A stretch of DNA of 64,000 bases from Macrostomum lignano (lineage: Eukaryota), in assembly GCA_002269645.1 (NCBI GenBank), contig NIVC01000022.1:124001-188000 (forward strand), given 5' to 3'. Under the pieces are notes generated by a model. It was not told the origin of the DNA. It saw only the letters and a program-made list of their open reading frames with translations, and did not search any database. The position numbers and the translations under genes are program-made. The first letter of the stretch is position 1. The number at the start of each line of letters is the position of its first letter. Of the stretch, positions 1 to 31,100 are shown piece by piece.

Positions 1-609
1 CTCCGGATGGCCTTTTGAGGTCGCGGAGAACCTGGCCTGCACCATGTGGCACTCTGCCGCTTCAACTCCGCCTCCCAAGAATGCGCCCAGGTTTCGTCGC
101 AGGCAACGATTCTCTGCAGGAACGCCATGCCCTCCCGCCGACACCGCTGCAGGTTGGATGCGCACATGGCGACCCACCGAGCCCGCTGATCGTCAGTGAG
201 CAGATGCGGCACCCACTTGGCACAGACCTTGCGCATCCCAAGGTCCTCGGTCAGGATCTTGTGGACTGAGTCGTGGGACACCCCTATGGCATCAGCCATG
301 CAGCTGCCTGGTGGTCAGTCTCCGGTCCTGCAGCACGCGGCTGCCTCCACCTGACTCACCAGGCTGTCAGTCCGAGCACTCGTTGGTTGGTCGTCCACTG
401 CGTGGCTTGTCGTCGAGGTCTTCTTTGCCGTTGCGAATGGCAATAGCCCATAGCGGCGAATCGTCTCATAAGATGGGCAAAATTCTCCTATGGTCTGGCC
501 GCATCTCTTCGAAAATCTCGGTTTGCTGAACGCCCTGAAGGACATGAAACTTGATGATCGCTCGATTGTCGCGTTTAGAAAAACTCTCTCGCGGGACGGA
601 ATGCGCCAT
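1..609 (-). pseudogene. Degenerate Tc1/mariner (mariner-type) transposase, N-terminal part; runs off the window start
   Basis: Minus-strand translation from ATG 609, across about 4 frameshifts, gives MAHSVPRESFSKRDNRAIIKFHVLQG..CPSYETIRR..DLDDKPRSGRP..DRRLTTRQL..GVSHDSVHKILTEDLGMRKVCAKWVPHLLTDDQ..FLQRIVACDETW. This contains the HTH, the WVPHLL linker and the first catalytic D (DETW). The element probably begins near the TA-rich junction at ~685. Confidence 0.9.
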
Positions 610-1622
610 GGGTGTGGTTGAAAAATTACTGCTACACAGGCTAGAAATGATCTGGTGCTCTAAAAACTGAAGCTAGCGACTCTTTATATATGTATATATC
701 TATGGCTAAAACCCCAATTCTTCAGCTATTCATAGAGCTGAGCTATTCTCTAATACAGAACTTTTCTGACAACCCTCATAAACTGCCATATAGTTGTCGA
801 AGTGGCGAGAGCTTCTTGACTTTGCGCTGTAAATTTTGTTTTTCCATGGCACTCATTATTGCCATTATTTAGACCTTGTACTTCGTGTTCATGTACATGT
901 AGGAGGCGTAAATGAATAAAATTATTGCTTGCGTATATTGATCTGTATAGCAGCTACAATTTCAAGCCAATAGGAGAGCAACGATGCAAATTCATTCGCG
1001 GGGGGAATCAAGCATGTGGTATGCTTAAGCCCAGAGAATATTTAAACTATGCGCTACTAAATGGGTGGGTATTGCCTAATGACAGACAGAAATTTGTCAA
1101 ACGATGAAGAGTCGAAACTCCAAATGGTGGGGGATTTAAGCTACGAAAGACAAAATAAAACAAAAAACTATGCTTCGCAGACTTGATGAGGCTTGGAGAC
1201 TGGCTGAAATTATGGATCCCTTCTCTGCGCGGGGTGAGCGGCCGGCCCTCTATCCCCCCGGCCTTTCCACACCCGCTCCATTATCCAAAGCGTCCTTGGC
1301 AACCAGGCTGTCTAAATTCTCAACTAGGCTGGCCACATGAGCTCAGGCTTCAGCAACAGGCACCATCCCTCCTGCCGCTGTGCCCCAGTAACCACTCAGT
1401 GATGGCTGGGGTTGGCTTGCCTTCACCTGCCCTCTTCTGGCTGGGAGCGATGGAAGACTGCAGGAACAAACAGACAGGCAAATCAACAGTCAGCCTACAC
1501 TGGATGCACGGCAGGCCCCCAAACCGGCTGTGCTGCAGTCTGCGTTTTTTTGCATTGCAATTTATCCTAAGTCATCCTGCTCACGGACCCAATCAAGGCA
1601 CTACTGTCACCGCATTGCTTTG

Positions 1623-2345
1623 TTCACCAATTTCGGCGCCTCTTTCACCAATTCTGGCGGCATCTCTTTCACCAATTCTGACGGCGTCTCTTTCACCAAT
1701 TCTGACGGCGTCTCTTTCACCAATTCTGACGGCGTCTCTTTCACCAATTCTGGCACCTCTTTCACCAATGCTGGCGCCTCTTTCACCAATTTTGGCGCCT
1801 CTTTCACCAATTCTGGCGCCTCTTTCACCAATTCTGACGGCGTCTCTTTCACCAATTCTGGCACCTCTTTCACCAATGCTGGCGCCTCTTTCACCAATTT
1901 TGGCGCCTCTTTCACCAATTCTGGCGCCTCTTTCACCAATTCTGACGGCGTCTCTTTCACCAATTCTGGCACCTCTTTCACCAATTCTGGCGCCTCTTTC
2001 ACCAATTCTGGCGGCGTCTCTTTCACCAATTCTGACGGCGTCTCTTTCACCAATTCTGGCACCTCTTTCACCAATTCTGGCACCTCTTTCACCAATTCTG
2101 GCGCCTCTTTCACCAATTCTGACGGCGTCTCTTTCACCAATTCTGGCACCTCTTTCACCAATGCTGGCGCCTCTTTCACCAATTTTGGCGCCTCTTTCAC
2201 CAATTCTGGCGCCTCTTTCACCAATTCTGGCGCCTCTTTTACCAATGCTGGCGCCTCTTTCACCAATGCTGGCGCCTCTTTCACCAATTCTGGCGCCTCT
2301 TTTACCAACGCTGGCGCCTCTTTCACCAATGCTGGCGCCTCTTTC
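1623..2345. repeat. Minisatellite, 21-bp unit TTTCACCAATTCTGGCGCCTC with a 24-bp variant (..TCTGACGGCGTCTC)
   Basis: Direct reading; explains the repetitive ORFs at 1183-2400. Confidence 0.95.
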
Positions 2346-2972
2346 CACAATTCGGAGAACTAGAGATGGAAGAAGATTGGAGAATAATAACTTCAAATAA
2401 TTTTCGAGTATATTAGACTTATCTTTATCATAAATAAATCATATATTATATGATTATAAATATTTAAAGTAACTTTGTTAGATAAAAGTATTAGATCTTT
2501 GAGAAGTCCCTGTCAGCTGTACGAAGCCCCATCGCTCACTTGTCTCTCGTTAAAAGCATTTTTGCGATTGCATTAATTTCGCGCTCATACATTTGTAGCA
2601 GCTGTGCAGTGAGAGCGCCTTTCACCCACGCCCAAATAAAAAATGATGTCAGATGCGGGCATCAAAGCGAGACGAGCATCCTCCCCCCCCCCTCCAGGCG
2701 GCCTCAGGCTGAGCGCCTCCATCCCCAATCTGCAGTCATCCGTGAGCCAAGATGCCCTGCAGGAAAACAAAGGATATCCATGGCCTAGAGCGGACCCCAC
2801 AGGCAAAAATGCTTCGTCTTTATTATTTGTAAAGGCGCACCTTTGTCTTTGTACCTGTTGCCATTAATTATTCGTAAGCTGTCTCCTTTCAATTATTAAC
2901 TTTGCATAAACTCACTCTTCTAAGTGCTGTCATCAGCTCGCGCAGTTATGATGACATTCCATCTGTGAGTGC

Positions 2973-3951
2973 ATGATCATGTTAGTGTGAGTTACATTCT
3001 ACCCGTGAGTTGATCATGTTAGTGTGAGTTACATTCCACCCGTGAGATGATCATGTTAGTGTGAGTTACATTCCACCCGTGAGATGATCATGTTAGTGTG
3101 AGTTACATTCCACCCGTGAGATGATCATGTTAGTGTGAGTTACATTCTACCCGTGAGTTGATCATGTTAGTGTGAGTTACATTCCACCCGTGAGATGATC
3201 ATGTTAGTGTGAGTTACATTCTACCCGTGAGATGATCATGTTAGTGTGAGTTACATTCCACCCGTGAGATGATCATGTTAGTGTGAGTTACATTCCACCC
3301 GTGAGATGATCATGTTAGTGTGAGTTACATTCCACCCGTGAGATGATCATGTTAGTGTGAGTTACATTCCACCCGTGAGATGATCATGTTAGTGTGAGTT
3401 ACATTCTACCCGTGAGATGATCATGTTAGTGTGAGTTACATTCCACCCGTGAGATGATCATGTTAGTGTGAGTTACATTCCACCCGTGAGATGATCATGT
3501 TAGTGTGAGTTACATTCCACCCGTGAGATGATCATGTTAGTGTGAGTTACATTCTACCCGTGAGTTGATCATGTTAGTGTGAGTTACATTCTACCCGTGA
3601 GATGATCATGTTAGTGTGAGTTACATTCCACCCGTGAGATGATCATGTTAGTGTGAGTTACATTCCACCCGTGAGATGATCATGTTAGTGTGAGTTACAT
3701 TCCACCCGTGAGATGATCATGTTAGTGTGAGTTACATTCCACCCGTGAGATGATCATGTTAGTGTGAGTTACATTCCACCCGTGAGATGATCATGTTAGT
3801 GTGAGTTACATTCCACCCGTGAGATGATCATGTTAGTGTGAGTTACATTCCACCCGTGAGATGATCATGTTAGTGTGAGTTACATTCCACCCGTGAGATG
3901 ATCATGTTAGTGTGAGTTACATTCCATCCGTGAGATGATCATGTTAGTGTG
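2973..3951. repeat. Minisatellite, 37-bp unit GATGATCATGTTAGTGTGAGTTACATTCCACCCGTGA, ~26 near-identical copies
   Basis: Period 37 (CCCGTGA at 3002 and 3039). Confidence 0.95.
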
Positions 3952-5087
3952 AGATAAATTTCTTCTATTCTCCAGTAGCAGACTGTCCACAGAACTCTCA
4001 CTTCTTCCTCCCAATACTGCAAGCCGCCTGCAAAAAGTGCTCGAAGGAAGTGGGGAAAAACTTCCCTTTCCTGACACAGCCCCTCCTTCAGCCTGAGCAG
4101 GAGGCAGCCCGAGGCATTCTGGGAATGTCCCATTGTTCCCCACCCATCCCTCCTCATTTCCATCCCCTGTTCCCCGCCTTGGCCTCCCAGATCTTTTGCA
4201 ACAATTTGGTCTTGGGTCGATTCTTGAGCCCTCCTACCTCGCCCTCCTCCCTCGCCCTCCTCCCTCGCCTTCTTTCCTCTGCCTCTGCGCTTCCCAGCCT
4301 GCAAATTGGGTCCAGAAATTGGGCGACGGGGGGGTCGGAGGAGGGTGGGAGACAGAATCAATGGGAGGAAAATAGGGGATATTTTTAGTAGAGAAGTCTG
4401 ACTGGGAAGTTGGACTGGCTGATTGGTGGGCCATTGTGCGGCCTCCGCCCAGGTGGAGCAGAGCCTGTGATTTGCCTTAGCTGGGAATATCTGCAGGCTT
4501 GGGAGACGGCAGAACGGGAGACAAGCTTCTCTGTTGTCAAGCAATACCGGCGGGTGGGCCTTGCTGGCTTCCATTCTTTCAGCTCTTCTGTTTCTCTGCT
4601 TCTGCCCCCCCCCTCAGACGCAGCTCCCCCACCTCCGCCGCCTGTAAGCCTCCCGTGAGCTTAGAGGCCCTCAGGCGGCTGCAGCAGTGTGAGCAGGGAG
4701 AGAATAGCAGAAGCAGCCTCAGCAGGCAACAACAGGTGCACAGGGAGACGCTCGCATCGCGGTAGTTGGCTGCGAGAAGCAGAAGAAAGACGGGAGAAGA
4801 AAGACGTGCTCCAATTTCAGCAATAAACACTGAAAGAAGCCGCCGACAAGACAATTTTTTTGCAACCAGAGTCTGACGGCGACAGACTATCCATTGCTAC
4901 AGATGAAGAAAGCAAAGTTGAGCGGCTGAGCGAACGGTGGCCCAGTGCATCTCTCGGGAGAGCGACAGAGACTGGAAGCTCCATCTTGGGCCTCAGGGCT
5001 GGGCCAGTCGTCTTGAAGTTTGGGACAGCCAGCCGTGAGTGTCCTGTAGAGCAAGGCCTCTCTGATGGGTTGTTTGGGCCGTGTCTA

Positions 5088-5600
5088 GTAGGGATATGCT
5101 TGAGTAGAGATATGCTTGAGTAGGGATATGCTTGAGTAGAGATATGCTTGAGTAGGGATATGCTTGAGTAGGGATATGCTTGAGTGCTTGAGTAGGGATA
5201 TGCTTGAGTGCTTGAGTAGGGATATGCTTGAGTAGGGATATGCTTGAGTAGGGATATGCTTGAGTAGAGATATGCTTGAGTAGGGATATGCTTGAGTAGG
5301 GATATGCTTGAGTAGGGATATGCTTGAGTAGGGATATGCTTGAGTAGGGATATGCTTGAGTAGGGATATGCTTGAGTAGGGATATGCTTGAGTAGGGATA
5401 TGCTTGAGTAGGGATATGCTTGAGTAGGGATATGCTTGAGTAGGGATATGCTTGAGTAGGGATATGCTTGAGTAGGGATATGCTTGAGTAGGGATATGCT
5501 TGAGTAGGGATATGCTTGAGTAGGGATATGCTTGAGTAGGGATATGCTTGAGTAGGGATATGCTTTAGTAGGGATATGCTTGAGTAGGGATATGTTTGAG
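5088..5600. repeat. Minisatellite, 16-bp unit TAGGGATATGCTTGAG, ~32 copies
   Basis: Direct reading. Confidence 0.95.
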
Positions 5601-5684
5601 CGTGGCAATCATAGCTATTATCTGCAAGCAAATTCCCGGAATCAGCATCCACAGACACCCGACCCGTCCATCAAGCAGACAGGC

Positions 5685-24098
<18,414 letters not shown>

Positions 24099-25756
24099 GC
24101 CCCCAATCCCATTTGATTAAACCCGTGAAACTCACCTGCATGGCTATTGGTATCGGCAGTTTGATCGCGTGAATTGTTACGTAACTCTTTGTACATGTAC
24201 TTCTGAATCCTCTGACTCTGTCTGCCCGTGTCAATGCATTGTCTGGGACTCTGGCAGCCACAAAAGGCCTCACACTGCCATCAGTTGAGCATTAAGACTG
24301 ATGGAGGAACACAGATATGAAAAAATACGTGCAAGTCGTGCGTGATCACAGAGACTGGCCAAATTTGATGGCGGTGTGAGCGAGCTTTTACAGACAGCCT
24401 CCTTCCTACTCTCTCTAAAGTCTAATTCAGGATAGCAAGGCAGTTAGCTGATTATTTCTGCGAGGAAGGCCAATAAAAGTTGTGAAGACAAAACGAGGCC
24501 AAGTTTGTTAGCAGTGGCGGAAAAGCTTAAATGTACAGTTGTTTGGCTCGGTGGATGATGTACGTAGCGCAGAGCAATTTGTATTGGCTGGACGGATTGT
24601 GGGGCGATAAAGAAGCGAATCTCCGCGAATTCAAGAATGTACATTTATATTGTCCTCGAGTCAAGAAAGAGAATGTACATAGGTCTTGACTTCCCCGGGG
24701 TGTGAGCTGATGGCAATTTAGTGGTGAAAAGAAAATTACTTTGAAGTAAACCAACGGAGCAAATAATAGAAGTGAAGTGAAGCATACTACTGAACAGAAG
24801 TAGCATAATTGCATATATTGGTCTCGTGGCCCATGCTCTGGCTTACTATAAGTGTTCTTGGTATTCTACTGCACAAAGCGATCCGACACCCGAGCTTTCA
24901 CTGCCAATGCGATTCGGAAATTTAACTGCCTTTTTTATTCGTCAAACTCTCGTCAATGCCCCGTGAAGACCTTTTACCTGCCCAAGTAAACTAGCTCTTG
25001 CAACTGTGCGAGTTCTTGATTTCTCCCCTATTTTCTATTGCCTATATTTTCATAGACTCTGTCCACAACGCGCATTCCGAGCACAACTCAATGAGCTTAT
25101 CTGAACTCACCTCACGCTCTGACACCTGTCCCATCAAACTAGGGCTTCTAGATGTAAAAAGACGCGAGAAAAGTGGTTTCTTGGAAATTTGTTTAAAAGG
25201 TTGGCATTCATCGGCCTCAGTCAAGCAGTGACTTATATTAAATATGAAACAGATAGATTTCGCATTCTTAGAAAGCGAGAGTCTAAAAAAGTTTTCCAAC
25301 GACGAAATTTCCCGTCCATAATCTTCTAGCGTTCCTTGCAAATCTATATTTCTTCTGATGCGCGGTCTATCTACTTACAGTAGTGTTCGAAACACGAAGA
25401 ATTTGTGAAACATTTTTAATTGGTACTCCTAAATGCTATTGAAGATGCGTGCTGAAATAAGATTTTATTTTCTATAATCGTAGATTTTCTTTTAATTAAC
25501 GTTGCTTCTGATTTGTTGCATTCAAAACCTTTCGACTCCGGACTCGAAATCAAATATTAAATATAACTGTTGGATTCGGCAAGCTCTATTTTCTGAGTTT
25601 TTCGTAAACACTGATCATGTTTTACAGTTGGTTATTTTGCTGGCTTTCCCTGCATGCCTTCAGCCTGCAAGACAAGACTCTCAGGGTAACTCTGAGGGAT
25701 GCTTAGTTAAGGAGTGAAGGTCTGAACTGTTGATTCTGGAGGTGGGACGTCCACTG

Positions 25757-27557
25757 TAGAGTGTGGGATATAGGGTGTGGGATATATGGTGTGGGATATA
25801 GGGTGTGGGATATAGGGTGTGGGATATAGGGTGTGGGATATAGGGTGTGGGATAAAGGGTGTGGGATAAAGGGTGTGGAATCTAGGGTTTGGGATCTAGG
25901 GTGTGGGATATAGGGTGTGGGATATAGGGTGTGGGATATAGGGTGTGGGATATAGGGTGTGGGATATAGGGTGTGGGATATAGGGTGTGGGATATAGGGT
26001 GTGGGATATAGGGTGTGGGATATAGGGTGTGGGATATATGGTGTGGGATATAGGGTGTAGGATATAGGGTGTGGGATATAGGGTGTGGGATATAGGGTGT
26101 GGGATCTAGGGTGTGGGATATAGGGTGTGGGATATAGGGTGTGGGATATAGGGTGTGGGATATAGGGTGTGGGATATAGGGTGTGGGATATAGGGTGTGG
26201 GATATAGGGTGTGGGATAAAGGGTGTGGGATAAAGGGTGTGGAATCTAGGGTTTGGGATCTAGGGTGTGGGATATAGGGTGTGGGATATAGGGTGTGGGA
26301 TATAGGGTGTGGAATCTAGGGTTTGGGATCTAGGGTGTGGGATCTAGGGTGTGGGATATATTAAGGGTGTGGCATATAGGGTGTGGGATATAGGGTGGGA
26401 TATAGGGTGTGGGATATAGGGTGTGAGATATAGGGTGTGGGATATAGGGTGTGGGATATAGGGTGTGGGATATAGGGTGTGGGATATAGGGTGTGGGATA
26501 AAGGGTGTGGGATAAAGGGTGTGGAATCTAGGGTTTGGGATCTAGGGTGTGGGATATAGGGTGTGGGATATAGGGTGTGGGATAAAGGGTGTGGAATCTA
26601 GGGTTTGGGATCTAGGGTGTGGGATCTAGGGTGTGGGATATATTAAGGGTGTGGCATATAGGGTGTGGGATATAGGGTGGGATATAGGGTGTGGGATATA
26701 GGGTGTGAGATAAAGGGTGTGGGATATAGGGTGTGGGATATAGGGTGTGGGATATAGGGTGTGGGATATAGGGTGTGGGATATAGGGTGTGGGATATAGG
26801 GTGTGGGATATAGGGTGTGGGATATAGGGTGTGGGATATAGGGTGTGGGATATAGGGTGTGGGATATAGGGTGTGGGATAAAGGGTGTGGGATAAAGGGT
26901 GTGGAATCTAGGGTTTGGGATCTAGGGTGTGGGATATAGGGTGTGGGATATAGGGTGTGGGATATAGGGTGTGGAATCTAGGGTTTGGGATCTAGGGTGT
27001 GGGATCTAGGGTGTGGGATATATTAAGGGTGTGGCATATAGGGTGTGGGATATAGGGTGGGATATAGGGTGTGGGATATAGGGTGTGAGATATAGGGTGT
27101 GGGATATAGGGTGTGGGATATAGGGTGTGGGATATAGGGTGTGGGATATAGGGTGTGGGATAAAGGGTGTGGGATAAAGGGTGTGGAATCTAGGGTTTGG
27201 GATCTAGGGTGTGGGATATAGGGTGTGGAATCTAGGGTTTGGGATCTAGGGTGTGGGATCTAGGGTGTGGGATATATTAAGGGTGTGGCATATAGGGTGT
27301 GGGATATAGGGTGGGATATAGGGTGTGGGATATAGGGTGTGAGATATAGGGTGTGGGATATAGGGTGTGGGATATAGGGTGTGGGATATAGGGTGTGGGA
27401 TATAGGGTGTGGGATAAAGGGTGTGGGATAAAGGGTGTGGAATCTAGGGTTTGGGATCTAGGGTGTGGGATATAGGGTGTGGGATATAGGGTGTGGGATA
27501 TAGGGTGTGGACTCTAGGGTTTGGGATCTAGGGTGTGGGATCTAGGGTGTGGGATAT
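25757..27557. repeat. 14-bp G-rich satellite GGGTGTGGGATATA, ~125 copies, intergenic
   Basis: Direct reading; variant blocks (TATTAAGGGTGTGGCATATA, CTAGGGTTTGGG) recur. Confidence 0.95.
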
Positions 27558-27701
27558 ACATGTGTGGTGTAGGATGCAGGGTTGAGATGTAGGATGTGGG
27601 ATGTGGGTTGTTAGTTGTGGATATTTTTTATTGCTGCTGTTGTAAAATTGTCGTTCAACTTTGAGTCTACCTGTGAAATAGTGAAAATTAACTATTTATA
27701 A

Positions 27702-27905
27702 TCCATAGAAATAAAGACTTTCCATGACAATATTTGCGTTCCCCGGGATTTTATTTGGTAATATTCAATAATATCCCTCAAGTCTTTATGTCTATGGTTT
27801 ATACGAGATTACACATGCCTTTTTCGGGAGTTATTTTCATAAATCCCTCGGGCCTCAGGCCCTCGTGATTTATACAAATAACTCCCTCAAAAGGCATGTT
27901 TAATC
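27702..27905. other. Two adjacent imperfect palindromes (27702-27800 and 27807-27905)
   Basis: Second palindrome: 48-nt arms pair colinearly with 8 mismatches around a 3-nt loop (GGCC-TCA-GGCC). First palindrome: ATCCATAGAAATAAAGACTT versus AAGTCTTTATGTCTATGGTT. Confidence 0.75.
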
Positions 27906-28115
27906 TGATACTTAAAGAGATGTTAACTTGTCAATTAGTCACGAGTTTATAGAATCTGTGGTCACGACTCAACTTAGTCCACAGCAGCTGTCTATGGCCC
28001 AGGCCGCCATGTCAAAACAGCTACTGAAGGCATTAAGCCTTAAGTCTCGGCAGCCTAGCAAAGCACCCTTGTCAGATACTGAAGGCTTTCAACCGAGTCC
28101 ACCTAGCGGCGCAGC

Positions 28116-31100
28116 ATGGACCATTGGGGCCCGTACCTGCCCGAGGTTGCTACGGAGCTCGGCTTCGAGGAATTCTGCAATCGAGACGGCATTTTCGGCT
28201 TCTGCAATTCGGGCGGCACCGCCGGGGCGGCCATCTCTGCTTGGGCGGGCGGCGGCGGGCGGCCGAAGGCGCGGCTGCAGCCCAACTCGCTGGCCGGGCC
28301 CGGCGGCGGGTGCGAGTTCGCGCCCGGACTGGCTGACCCGATGTACCGGTACTGTGCGGGCAGGTGCCGCTGCCGACAGGTGATCTCTTGATGATGACAA
28401 GTTGCGGCGCTGTCTGCTTCTAGCTGTGGCGCTGTCTGCTTCTAGCTGTGGCGCTGTCTGATTCTAGTTGTGGCGCTGTCTGATTCTAGTTGTGGCGCTG
28501 TCTGATTCTAGTTGTGGCGCTGTCTGATTCTAGTTGTGGCGCTGTCTGATTCTAGCTGTGGCGCTGTCTGATTCTATTTGTGGCGCTGTCTGATTCTAGC
28601 TGTGGCGCTGTCTGATTCTAGCTGTGGCGCTGTCTGATTCTAGTTGTGGCGCTGTCTGATTATAGTTGTAGCGCTGTCTGATTCTAGTTGTGGCGCTGTC
28701 TGATTCTATTTGTGGCGCTGTCTGATTCTAGTTGTGGCGCTGTCTGATTATAGTTGTAGCGCTGTCTGATTTTAGTTGTGGCGCTGTCTGATTATAGTTG
28801 TAGCGCTGTCTGATTCTAGTTGTGGCGATGTCTGATTCTAGTTGTGGCGCTGTCTGATTCTAGTTGTGGCGCTGTCTGATTCTAGTTGTGGCGCTGTCTG
28901 ATTCTAGTTGTGACGCTGTCTGATTCTAGTTGTGGCGCTGTCTGATTCTAGCTGTGGCGCTGTCTGATTCTAGTTGTGGCGCTGTCTGATTCTAGTTGTG
29001 GCGCTGTCTGATTCTAGCTGTGGCGCTGTCTGATTATAGTTGTAGCGCTGTCTGATTCTAGTTGTGGCGCTGTCTGATTCTATTTGTGGCGCTGTCTGAT
29101 TCTAGTTGTGGCGCTGTCTGATTCTAGTTGTGGCGCTGTCTGATTATAGTTGTAGCGCTGTCTGATTCTAGTTGTGGCGCTGTCTGATTCTATTTGTGGC
29201 GCTGTCTGATTCTAGTTGTGGCGCTGTCTGATTATAGTTGTAGCGCTGTCTGATTATAGTTGTAGCGCTGTCTGATTCTAGTTGTGGCGCTGTCTGATTC
29301 TAGTTGTGGCGATGTCTGATTCTAGTTGTGGCGCTGTCTGATTCTAGTTGTGGCGCTTGATGTAACCGCCCTTGTCGCCTGTCCGCTCCGTAGAGAGACG
29401 AACGCATGGCTAGAGGGGGCAATGACCGTAGGCTGCCTATGACCGGGCAATGACCTGACGGACCTCCAGCACCAGACTGTCCCGCCCACATGATTAGTAG
29501 CTTTGGTAGCGCTTCGTGACCAGAGGGCCAAGGACCCACATGGACCCCACCTGTAGCCAAGGTGCAATAGTTGGTCACTCGGTCATGGTATGACCGAGTG
29601 GCTGCCACCACTCTATGTGACCTGGCGCACCTGGATCTTTCTACCAGACCTCTCGAGGCTAGAGCCCCGCCTGGATTGGTTACCAGGGGATTTAGGCTAA
29701 CAGGGGAGACGCATGCAGCCGAGTACAGGGACTCTGCTTGGGGCATGATCGGGAACTCTGGGCTCAATCCTGGAGGATTTCTCAGCAGGGGATCCTTTGT
29801 GGCTGTGAGCGAGGCTGGCTTGCGACTTTGATTACTAAGAGTAGTATGAGGCGAACATGTACTGTCTACAGTTTAGATTGCTCAGGGCGAAGGGACGCGT
29901 TAGCATGGGGTTGCAACCTTCCTACTGCCATTCTGTGCCAAGACTCGCTAATCCCTCTACTGCACGCACACGCGGCCCCGCAGCACGCACTCACAGGCGG
30001 GCTTTGCACGGGGAGAGGCCATTAGCTTACCCAAACTTCCTTATGCTTTGCCACCCCGGGAGAAAGGCTTAGCAAGCCATGAGTGAAATGATGGTGAAAG
30101 ATTGAATAATGATGAAGTTAGTTAATAGTTAATAATTAGGCCCTTAGGCAAATAAGCAGGCAATTAGGCAGCTTCACTATTGAGTAAAATACAGCAAAAG
30201 ATACGGTATCACAATTGGCTCAGCTCTCTAATCAGACAATGGAAAATAGGCAAACCCGGATAAGCAAAGGCAATTAGAGCACAAATTAGTAGCAGGAACT
30301 TACCGGCAGCTGCACAGAGAGAGAGAGAGAGGCGGAGTGACCGAGGGCGGCTGTAGGCTGCAGTCAGGCAGACGGTGAAGCGGCGATGCGCTGGAGCGAC
30401 GAGGCGCTGATGTAGATCAGGCGATGCTGATGATGCTGGGCGGTATCAGACCGCTGGCCGATAGGCGAGCTCACTTGGGGAGCTAAGGATAACTTGGCGG
30501 TAACAGACCGCGGACCGGCAGGGATTCGTCTTATAGACGAATGGGTCAGAACTCAATCTGACAGCAAGTCCAAAGAAGGACGAGGAGAGGAACAGAGATA
30601 AACTCAGTTGAGTATTCTCATGCCGAAATCGCTTCCTTTTATAGACCTCACAGCCGCCTCCTCAAGGTCGTTACCATGGCTCCCTCTCTCTGATTGGCTG
30701 CCGGCAGAATGACGTCAGAATGAGTCATGATGAGAAGCATGAGACCGGCATAGCAACATGAGAAATCGGGAAATTGCGCAATCCGGAGGTGGGGTGGGGG
30801 ATAATTGGCGCAGCGGGTGGTCGCGAAAGTGTTGCGCAAGCAAACATTGAGAACAATAGGGCTGGGGTCGAGAACAAAGGAATTGGAAATCGGGGATAAT
30901 TGGGGAAAACTGAGAACAATGGAAAAGTAAACATTGGAGAAAAGGTGATAATTAGGTGCGAAAACGAGAACAAAAGAAAGAGAAAATCGGAGAAAATGTG
31001 ATAATTGGTGGGGGTCGAGAGAACAAAAGAAGCAAAAACGAGAACAATAGAAGCGGAGGTGGGGTGGGTGTCACATGAGAAATTTGGGAAGGAGAACAAT

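Noticed and set aside
1183-2400. Repetitive ORFs (SFTNSGA, LSPILAP, VKEAPEL)
   Set aside because: Open in several frames on both strands only because the 21/24-bp unit lacks stops; no start context or domain.
2973-3951. CRISPR-like 37-bp periodicity (also the 29-, 36- and 43-bp arrays)
   Set aside because: Units are head-to-tail with no unique spacers, no cas genes, and a eukaryotic context.
5580-5684. ORF-track start at 5580 for Nav2
   Set aside because: Lies within the 16-bp satellite.
25757-27557. Telomere or interstitial telomeric repeat
   Set aside because: The unit is 14 bp and not (TTAGGG)n; genes lie on both sides.
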